Shown: positions 25,300 to 32,000 of the stretch, one piece after another | Layout: each line of letters opens with the position of its first letter | How positions within the stretch are numbered: position 1 is the first letter of the stretch | Assembly (NCBI RefSeq): GCF_001481685.1 | Contig: NZ_CP006867.1 | Span: 990,001-1,022,000 of the forward strand | Direction of reading: 5' to 3' | Source: Ignicoccus islandicus DSM 13165 | Lineage (GTDB): Archaea; Thermoproteota; Thermoprotei_A; Sulfolobales; Ignicoccaceae | Length of the DNA stretch: 32,000 bases | The notes under the pieces: model-generated | Told to the model about the DNA's origin: nothing | What the model saw: only the letters and a program-made list of their open reading frames with translations | Databases searched by the model: none | Translations under genes and position numbers: made by a program

Positions 25300-27924
25300 G
25301 TGAAGAAAGTACTCGCTTGGGTAGCGATAGCGATAATTGCCGCGCTCTTCGCAGCCAAGCTCGATAGCGTTCTAGTCTATTCGGAGACAGCGATGCTGCC
25401 TCCGCAAGCCGAATCCTATAAGGTAAAGGAGGCCGTGAACCGTTACTTCCCGGACTTAAGTAATAGAACGATACTAATGGTTTCGTTAAAGTACAACGTA
25501 ACGGATCAAAGAGTTGCGGATTGGTACCACCAATGGAAGAACGAAACGGGTCTGGACGCTAGCAGTTACATAGATCTAGTAGAGAAGTTTCGCGACGCCC
25601 TAAAGGGGGTGTACAACGGCCTTGGGAAGATGGTAAAGGGCGTTTCGAAGGGCTTCGCGGGTTACTGGATGGTAACCGATTTGGTTCACTTCACAATGGT
25701 AATGAATGGCCTCTACGACCTAAGCGAAGAAGAAGCTATAGAGATGTATAAGCAAGTGACCCTCGGAACGCCTTTAGAGAAGTATTCCGATATTGCTAAG
25801 ACGCTATATGAAACCGTGAAATCGAAGAAACTGGACCCCAACAGCTTGGACGAGTCGCAATTAGCCCTAATAGCTAAACACAAGTTACTGGAAGGGTTAA
25901 GCAACGACTATGCTAGGAGCTACACGCTCTGCTTAGGATGTAAGGTCATTCAAAAGGTCAAGGGACTCCAGCTCTGGCTCAACTACGGATTCGATCCCGA
26001 TTCTCTAAAGAATGAAATAGACAAGTATGTAAACGAAACGGTACCTGAAGCAGTTAAATGCTTCGCTTCTCAAAAGCTCAAGGACTTACCTCAAGACGTA
26101 GCGGTGGAACTGCTACTAGCTGCATGGGAAGGTAGAAGCGTTAATTTGGACCAGATGGTTAACAGGGCAATTGAAGAGAAGTTCGGTGACATGATACATT
26201 ACTTAATGGTTTCAAAGGATTGGAAAACGATGCTAATTACCATAAAGAACGCCAGCTACGAGCAAGCCATCGAAGCCAAGAGGAAGGCCTTGAAGAGCGA
26301 AGTCGTTACCGAGGCCTACTTGATGGGAGGGGAAGTACTGAATAGGGAAATGAAGGAAGCCAACTTAGAGGACGCCGAGAGGGTTCAGGAGCTAAGCCAC
26401 GTTGCGGTCTTGTTAGTGCTCTTCGCTATAACTAGGTCCGTAGTAGCTTCCGTAATACCGTTCATTGTAGTAGGAATAGGTATAGTAACTGGAATGGCGT
26501 TAGCCTACTTCCTCGGACAATTGTTCCCCATCTACCAAATGGCGAAGACGCTGATGATAACTACGGGACTCGGTCTGGGTATGGACTATAGCATATTCAT
26601 CCTCTCTAGGTTCAAGGAAGAATTGAGGCAAGGCGTGGAGGTTCACGAAGCCGCTAAGATCGCTGCCAAGAGGGCTGGTCACGCTGTAGGCATCTCAGCC
26701 CTAGCAGCTTCCATGGGGTTCGCGTCCCTCGCCTTGTCCGGAACCTTGATGTTAAACAGCATGGGTCTAACTATACCATTGGTAGTCATAGCTACTGCGA
26801 TTGCTTCAATGACCATGCTACCGGAGCTCTTAGCTCTATTAGGTAAGAAGACTTGGTTCTGGTGGCCTATAGGGCTCAAGGAAGAAAAGAGGAAGGTAGG
26901 CGAAACCCCAGTTGTACCTAGGAAGGGAATAGTATTTATTGCGTTCGTAGTAGTATTAGTGATAACGATCTTCAGCTTATACTTCTACGTGAACTACAAA
27001 GGCAGTAGCGACAGCAGGCTATTCATACCCAGCGGAACCGAGGCTTACGAGGCCCTCCAAAAGTTCTCCGAGAAGTTCCCCGGAGGGGCTTGGGGTCCGA
27101 TCCAGATATACGTGGAAAGATATAACGGATTCGCGTGGAAGCTCGTTAAAGAGCAATTGTTGAAGATGAACGGCGTAGTAGCCGTAATGGATCCCAACGA
27201 GAACTTCGGTACCTTAAAGGATGGCAAGGGAGTTGGACTCGTAATACTCAAATACGAGCCCTTCTCAGAGGAAGCTTTAGACATGGTGCCGAAAATAAGG
27301 AACTTAGTTCACTCGAAGCTCAATGGAATGGTTGGGGGAATGCCCGCTGAGCTATACGATACGAAAACCTTAGTGACCGCGAGCTTCTGGCAAAGGGTAA
27401 CGCCCTTCGCCATCATCGCTACGATGGCTGTTCTCGCGCTTGCCGTCAGGAAGGTAGATCCAGTAATTTCCGCTGGCTTCGGGTTAATTGCAGCCATCTC
27501 TTGGGCAGTCACGCTATCTCACTACCTCTCGGTGGCCCTTTGGGGCTATCCCTTATACTGGATTACCCCAATGGTCGCCTTGATAGCGACGCTAGGAATT
27601 GGTACCGATTACAACGTGTTCTTCATAACAAGGATAATAGAGGAAATAGAGAAGAAGAGGGACTACCTAGGAGGCGTATGGAGGCCCCTGAAACTAGTGG
27701 GTCCCATAATATTCGGATTAGCGTCTATAATGGCGTCAGCGTACTTCGGAATGTTAGTGGCTAGGTCCATAGGATTGAAGCAAATGGGTCTGGCACTAGG
27801 CTTCTCGGCCCTGTTCGCCGCACTGAACGCCATACTACTGAACCCGATAGTCCTAACGGTCATATCAAGTTTCAAGGGATCGTTAAAGAGGGCCGGGAAG
27901 GAGTCGGAAGAGGTAATAGAATGA
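25300..27924 (+). CDS. MMPL/RND superfamily membrane exporter
   Basis: 874 aa; GLGMDYSIFILSRFKEE and LGIGTDYNVFFITRIIEE, the duplicated TM4 motif of MMPL/RND proteins. Confidence 0.92.
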   Translation: MKKVLAWVAIAIIAALFAAKLDSVLVYSETAMLPPQAESYKVKEAVNRYFPDLSNRTILMVSLKYNVTDQRVADWYHQWKNETGLDASSYIDLVEKFRDALKGVYNGLGKMVKGVSKGFAGYWMVTDLVHFTMVMNGLYDLSEEEAIEMYKQVTLGTPLEKYSDIAKTLYETVKSKKLDPNSLDESQLALIAKHKLLEGLSNDYARSYTLCLGCKVIQKVKGLQLWLNYGFDPDSLKNEIDKYVNETVPEAVKCFASQKLKDLPQDVAVELLLAAWEGRSVNLDQMVNRAIEEKFGDMIHYLMVSKDWKTMLITIKNASYEQAIEAKRKALKSEVVTEAYLMGGEVLNREMKEANLEDAERVQELSHVAVLLVLFAITRSVVASVIPFIVVGIGIVTGMALAYFLGQLFPIYQMAKTLMITTGLGLGMDYSIFILSRFKEELRQGVEVHEAAKIAAKRAGHAVGISALAASMGFASLALSGTLMLNSMGLTIPLVVIATAIASMTMLPELLALLGKKTWFWWPIGLKEEKRKVGETPVVPRKGIVFIAFVVVLVITIFSLYFYVNYKGSSDSRLFIPSGTEAYEALQKFSEKFPGGAWGPIQIYVERYNGFAWKLVKEQLLKMNGVVAVMDPNENFGTLKDGKGVGLVILKYEPFSEEALDMVPKIRNLVHSKLNGMVGGMPAELYDTKTLVTASFWQRVTPFAIIATMAVLALAVRKVDPVISAGFGLIAAISWAVTLSHYLSVALWGYPLYWITPMVALIATLGIGTDYNVFFITRIIEEIEKKRDYLGGVWRPLKLVGPIIFGLASIMASAYFGMLVARSIGLKQMGLALGFSALFAALNAILLNPIVLTVISSFKGSLKRAGKESEEVIE

Positions 27925-28928
27925 TTGCGATGGCTACCACCAATCCAGGCTTAGAGGACGTAGCTGAATGGGAAGTTGCTTCTTGGGGAGCTAAACCCAT
28001 CTCCCGAGAGGAAGGGAGGACGTTTTTCGAGTGGGATGGTTCTCTCGATGAATTAGTTTGGAAAATCGAGAGAAGCAATACCCTCCACAAAGTGGTCGTA
28101 ATTTTCTATAGGGGATCTCTCGAAGGAATCGATCTCAGTTGGGTTCCGAAGTACGTGAGCCCTGGAGTGAAGTTCGCGGTCAGGGCTCAGAGGATAGGCG
28201 AAGGCATCCACTCAATGGAACTAGCTAAATTGGTTGGCGAGAAGGTTATTGAAGAAGTAGAGAAATTTTATGGAGAGAAACCGGAGGTCGACTTGGACTA
28301 CCCCTCAGTAGTTGTTTACGCTGAGAGTAGGTTCGGTGAAATAATAATAGGGCTTCAAGTTAGCGGCGAGGAATCGCTTCACAGAAGATACTATAGGATA
28401 TATGAACACATGGCGTCCTTAAAACCTACCATAGCTTATTCAATGCTAAAGTTGGCGGGAGCCGAAGAGGCTGAAGTACTAGTAGATCCAATGTGCGGAT
28501 CCGGCACTATAGCTATAGAAGCAACGAAGTTCCTAATACCTAAGATATATTGTTTCGATATTAAGAAGAAGTACGTAGAGATAGCTAAAGCTAACGCGAA
28601 AGCGGCAATGGTTGAGGATTTGATAGAATTCGATGCATGGGACGCCACCAAGCTCCACGAAAGAGTTACAGACGTGGACTTGATAGCCGTTAATCCGCCT
28701 TACGGCATAAGAATGGGGAGCCCTAGGAAAGTATTGAAGTTATATGAGGATTTCTCCCGTTCCTCCTATCAGGCCTTGGGACGAAACGGGAAGTTAGTTA
28801 TGATAACTCCCTTAAAGGAGGCGAAGGAAATATTCATCAGGAACGGATTCGAACTAATGAGTAAAAGAAGCGTGTACCACGGTGACTTATGGACTGAGCT
28901 GATGCTATTTAGGAAGAGGACTTCTTAG
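27921..28928 (+). CDS. THUMP-domain RNA methyltransferase (Trm14/TrmG10-like)
   Basis: 335 aa; N-terminal THUMP-like region; VLVDPMCGSGTIAIEA and AVNPPYGIRMG methyltransferase motifs. Confidence 0.9.
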   Translation: MIAMATTNPGLEDVAEWEVASWGAKPISREEGRTFFEWDGSLDELVWKIERSNTLHKVVVIFYRGSLEGIDLSWVPKYVSPGVKFAVRAQRIGEGIHSMELAKLVGEKVIEEVEKFYGEKPEVDLDYPSVVVYAESRFGEIIIGLQVSGEESLHRRYYRIYEHMASLKPTIAYSMLKLAGAEEAEVLVDPMCGSGTIAIEATKFLIPKIYCFDIKKKYVEIAKANAKAAMVEDLIEFDAWDATKLHERVTDVDLIAVNPPYGIRMGSPRKVLKLYEDFSRSSYQALGRNGKLVMITPLKEAKEIFIRNGFELMSKRSVYHGDLWTELMLFRKRTS

Positions 28929-29649
28929 CCTCGCTTATTAGTTCGGCTATTTCGTCTTTGGTTAACTTCCTCATGACCTTCTCGTCCGTCCTTATTATTC
29001 CGATCTCGTATATCTCTGGCTTGGGTATTTCCTCGCTGACCTCCATTAGGGCCTTCAACGCAAGTATAATGGCTTCCCTTAGACTCATGTCGTACTTATA
29101 CCTCCCTTCTATGTAGTCTTGTATCGAAGCGTACTCTTGGCCTATAGCTACTGCGTAATAGCTCATGTACTGACCGCTTGGCTCCGTCATAATTACTTGA
29201 GGTCCGAACTCATCTATACCAGCGAGTATTAAGGCAACACCGAAAGGCCTCACTCCCGCGTGTTGCGTATAAGCTTGCTTCACGTCGCTGATGGCTTTAG
29301 CTACTACCTCCACCGTGGGAGGTTCGTCGTAGAGGAACCTGTGCCTGAGGGCGACCTCCTTGGCTAGGTCTATTAACAGCCTACCGTCAGCGGCCAATCC
29401 GGCGAAGCTCGCCATTATATGTTCGTCTATCTTGAATATCTTCTCGACCCTATCGTACTCAACTAGTGCCCTCACCTTCTTCTTTTCAACAGCTATTAGA
29501 ACGCCCTCCTTACATTTCATTCCTATTGTGCTCCAACCCCTCTTTACGGACTCGAAGGCGTACTCCACTTGGTATAGCTTACCGTCCGGCGAGAAGACGG
29601 TAATAGCTCTATCGTAGCCCATTTGCTGGGGGCCTAGTCCGAAGACCAC
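28909..29649 (-). CDS. psmA: Proteasome subunit alpha
   Basis: 246 aa; GYDRAITVFSPDGKLYQVEYAFESVKRGWSTIGMKCKEGVLIAVEKK. Confidence 0.97.
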   Translation of the reverse strand: MVFGLGPQQMGYDRAITVFSPDGKLYQVEYAFESVKRGWSTIGMKCKEGVLIAVEKKKVRALVEYDRVEKIFKIDEHIMASFAGLAADGRLLIDLAKEVALRHRFLYDEPPTVEVVAKAISDVKQAYTQHAGVRPFGVALILAGIDEFGPQVIMTEPSGQYMSYYAVAIGQEYASIQDYIEGRYKYDMSLREAIILALKALMEVSEEIPKPEIYEIGIIRTDEKVMRKLTKDEIAELISEAKKSSS

Positions 29650-29723
29650 TTTTCAAGCACCGGAAACCTTACGTTGAAGGGCAATTTAGAGTTTCCCCCT
29701 TAACGCTTCGAGGGACGAGGAGG

Positions 29724-30263
29724 TTGTTGAACTGGAAATTGGCATTGGCTATTGCATTGATATTCGCTCTGGCTCCGTTTAGCTCTTCCATCCCATGTTT
29801 CGATGTTGGAGCCAAGGGGTTAGCTAAGCTGATTTCTATTACGCAAAGCCTGCCTTTCTTCGTCGTGTGGACTGCCCTCATAGCTTACAAGAGGAAGTCC
29901 GAATGGAAGGAGGTGGTCCTAGAGGCGATCGCACTTAATTTGGCTGTGTTCGCCTTGAAGGAGTGCTTAATGAGGCCGAGGCCTCCGGGAAGCACTTCGT
30001 TCAGCTACGGCTACCCTTCCGGGCACTCAGCTAGGGCAATGTGGGTAGCGCTCCACCTATCGGAGCTGTACCCCTCGCTCAGGCCAGCGCTTTTCGCTTA
30101 CGCAATTGCCGTAGGGTGGTCGAGAGTAGAGCTTTGCGAGCACTTCCCCTTAGACGTCCTCGGGGGCTACTTAGTAGCATATTCGATAAGGAAAGCATTC
30201 CCACTATTAAGGTCGAGGCTCGTTGTAAACGGGGTAAGGAATGAAAATAATACGAATAGGTAA
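29724..30263 (+). CDS. PAP2 superfamily membrane phosphatase
   Basis: 179 aa; KECLMRPRPPG, YGYPSGHSARAMW, RVELCEHFPLDVLGGYL match the three PAP2 motifs. Confidence 0.9.
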   Translation: MLNWKLALAIALIFALAPFSSSIPCFDVGAKGLAKLISITQSLPFFVVWTALIAYKRKSEWKEVVLEAIALNLAVFALKECLMRPRPPGSTSFSYGYPSGHSARAMWVALHLSELYPSLRPALFAYAIAVGWSRVELCEHFPLDVLGGYLVAYSIRKAFPLLRSRLVVNGVRNENNTNR

Positions 30264-30858
30264 CTTCTCCATAGATGAGGCATTGAAGGAGGCTAAGAGA
30301 GTTTTGGAAAAGGGAGGCTTAGTGATAGTCCCTACCGAAACCGTCTATGGAATAGCCTCTAAATTAGAGCACGCTCGAAGAATATACAAGGCGAAGAAGA
30401 GGCCTAGGGACAAGCCCTTGCCGGTCCAAACGACCCTCTGTGACATTGAGAAGGTCGCTCAAATGAACGAGAAAGCCAGGCTTCTAGCTAAGAAGTTCTG
30501 GCCCGGACCACTAACTATCGTTATGAAGGCCAAGCCCACCGTCCCAGAGGTAGTGACCGCCGGGACCGGTAAGGTCGGAGTTAGGGTACCGGCACACCCC
30601 TTTACGCTGAGGTTACTTGAAATGGTAGGCCCGTTAGCGGTAACTTCGGCCAACTTGAGTGGAATGAAGAGCCCTAAGAGCCTAGAGGAGGTTACAGTTG
30701 AAGCTGACTTAGCAATAGACGCTGGTCCCGTTAGTGGAACGCCTAGCACCGTAGTTGACGTTACGGGGCCCCAGTTGAAGATACTCAGAGAAGGGCCTAT
30801 AAAGAGAAAAGACATAGAGAGAGTGATATATGGTGAGAACAAGGACTTCCTCTTCTGA
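30241..30858 (+). CDS. Threonylcarbamoyl-AMP synthase, Sua5/YrdC/YciO family
   Basis: 205 aa; GGLVIVPTETVYGIAS, KKRPRDKPLPV, FWPGPLTIV, VGVRVPAHPFT, AVTSANLSG. Confidence 0.93.
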   Translation: MKIIRIGNFSIDEALKEAKRVLEKGGLVIVPTETVYGIASKLEHARRIYKAKKRPRDKPLPVQTTLCDIEKVAQMNEKARLLAKKFWPGPLTIVMKAKPTVPEVVTAGTGKVGVRVPAHPFTLRLLEMVGPLAVTSANLSGMKSPKSLEEVTVEADLAIDAGPVSGTPSTVVDVTGPQLKILREGPIKRKDIERVIYGENKDFLF

Positions 30859-30907
30859 AACAAAGTTAATTCCTCTTCGCTCCCATTAGGCTAAATGGGT
30901 AAAGGTA

Positions 30908-31870
30908 GTGAGGATCCTCGTCACGGGCGGAGCCGGCTTCATGGGATCAACGTTAGTGAGACACCTCCTCGAAAAGGGCTTCGAAGTGCACGTTCTAGAC
31001 GCTCTAACTTACGCCGGTAGAATAGAGAATTTAATAGAAGTAATGAACGAGATTCAGTTCCACTTAGTGGACTTGAGGGACTTCGAAGCCCTCTACGATA
31101 CTCTGAAGAGCATCGAACCGGATCTAATTTTCCACTTAGCTGCCGAGACCCACGTGGACAGAGGAATAAGGAATCCCTATCCGTTCTTGGAAAGCAACGT
31201 CAGAGGTACTCTCCACCTATTGGAGGTAATAAGGAGGCTCGACCTAAAGGCTACCCTAACTAGTACGGACGAGGTCTACGGAGACTTGTGGGGCAAGCCT
31301 CCTTGCAACGAAGAGTGTCCCCTAAGACCGTCTAACCCCTACTCGGCTTCCAAGGCCGCTGCAGACATGTTCGCCCTTTCATACATAAGGACGTATGGAG
31401 TGGAAGTGAACATAGTTAGGCCAGCCAACAACTACGGCCCTAGGCAGTACCCAGAGAAACTTATACCTAGAACCATCCTAAGGATAATGAGCGGCAAGAG
31501 GCCGCTAATACACGGAACGGGAAAGCAAATTAGGTCTTGGCTATACGTAGAGGACTTCGCCGAAGGTATAACTACAGTTGGCTTGAAGGGAAAGAAAGGA
31601 GAAATATATAACTTACCGGGCGAAAGGGAACTAAGCGTTATAGAGGTAGTTAAGACCATATTGAGGATAATGGGGAAGGACGAGGACTGGATAGAGTTCA
31701 CTGAAGACAGGCCCGGCCAAGACATGAGGTACGCCATGGTTGGGGAAAAGGTCAAGGCACTCGGCTGGGAGCCGAAGGTTACGTTTGAAGAAGGGATAAA
31801 GAGGACGGTAGATTGGTACTTGAACAACAAGTGGTGGTGGGAACCGCTTTTAAGCATTGAGAAAATTTGA
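30908..31870 (+). CDS. rfbB: dTDP-glucose 4,6-dehydratase / NAD-dependent epimerase
   Basis: 320 aa from GTG; RILVTGGAGFMGSTLVRHLL, HLAAETHVDRGIRNP, TSTDEVYGD, PYSASKAAADM, NYGPRQYPEKLIP. Confidence 0.93.
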   Translation: MRILVTGGAGFMGSTLVRHLLEKGFEVHVLDALTYAGRIENLIEVMNEIQFHLVDLRDFEALYDTLKSIEPDLIFHLAAETHVDRGIRNPYPFLESNVRGTLHLLEVIRRLDLKATLTSTDEVYGDLWGKPPCNEECPLRPSNPYSASKAAADMFALSYIRTYGVEVNIVRPANNYGPRQYPEKLIPRTILRIMSGKRPLIHGTGKQIRSWLYVEDFAEGITTVGLKGKKGEIYNLPGERELSVIEVVKTILRIMGKDEDWIEFTEDRPGQDMRYAMVGEKVKALGWEPKVTFEEGIKRTVDWYLNNKWWWEPLLSIEKI

Positions 31871-32000
31871 GATCACTTCGAACAGCTCGCCGCACTCAAC
31901 GGGCAAGTGACCCTTAACTCCGACCTCCTCATCGCTCCCTACTGCTTTAACAATGGCTTTCGCCATTTCAATTGCGTTGTTCAAAACTTCCACTGCATTA
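31850..32000 (-). CDS. Partial CDS running off the right edge, unknown
   Basis: Manual minus-strand translation ...NAVEVLNNAIEMAKAIVKAVGSDEEVGVKGHLPVECGELFEVISNFLNA*, open to the window edge. Confidence 0.5.
   Translation of the reverse strand, partial: NAVEVLNNAIEMAKAIVKAVGSDEEVGVKGHLPVECGELFEVISNFLNA

Noticed and set aside
27501-28090. Several 70-90-aa ORFs overlapping the MMPL exporter and THUMP methyltransferase genes
   Set aside because: Shadow frames of well-supported genes, with no start-site support or recognisable motif.

Overview
The window looks like chromosomal DNA from a hyperthermophilic crenarchaeon. By inference it is Desulfurococcales and Ignicoccus-like, because it pairs an abundant-type octaheme c-type cytochrome with archaeal informational genes. 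The gene set is dense and mostly housekeeping: leuD, a PAC2-family protein, S25e, aminotransferase, tRNA-Gln(TTG), octaheme cytochrome c, DUF424, RNase P RNA on the minus strand, YkgJ-type and radical SAM/SPASM proteins, an ArsB/NhaD-like transporter, aroC, NMD3, geranylgeranyl reductase, tRNA-Asp(GTC), ribB, an AbrB-ACT regulator, a DUF357-nucleotidyltransferase, an MMPL/RND exporter, a THUMP methyltransferase, psmA, PAP2, Sua5 and dTDP-glucose 4,6-dehydratase. I see no transposon, prophage or CRISPR array. The best leads are: (1) a translationally coupled pair of genes I cannot assign (15784-17711); (2) a solitary CARF / APE2256-family protein (18868-19737) with no cas genes nearby; (3) a GC-rich two-hairpin island between convergent genes (24671-24738), a possible unannotated ncRNA; (4) a possible C/D-box sRNA overlapping the NMD3 stop codon; (5) a Cys-rich membrane protein just downstream of the octaheme cytochrome; (6) a zinc-ligand-less MDR protein in a leuD/amidohydrolase/DUF432-like operon; (7) small Cys-rich, surface and pilin-like proteins.
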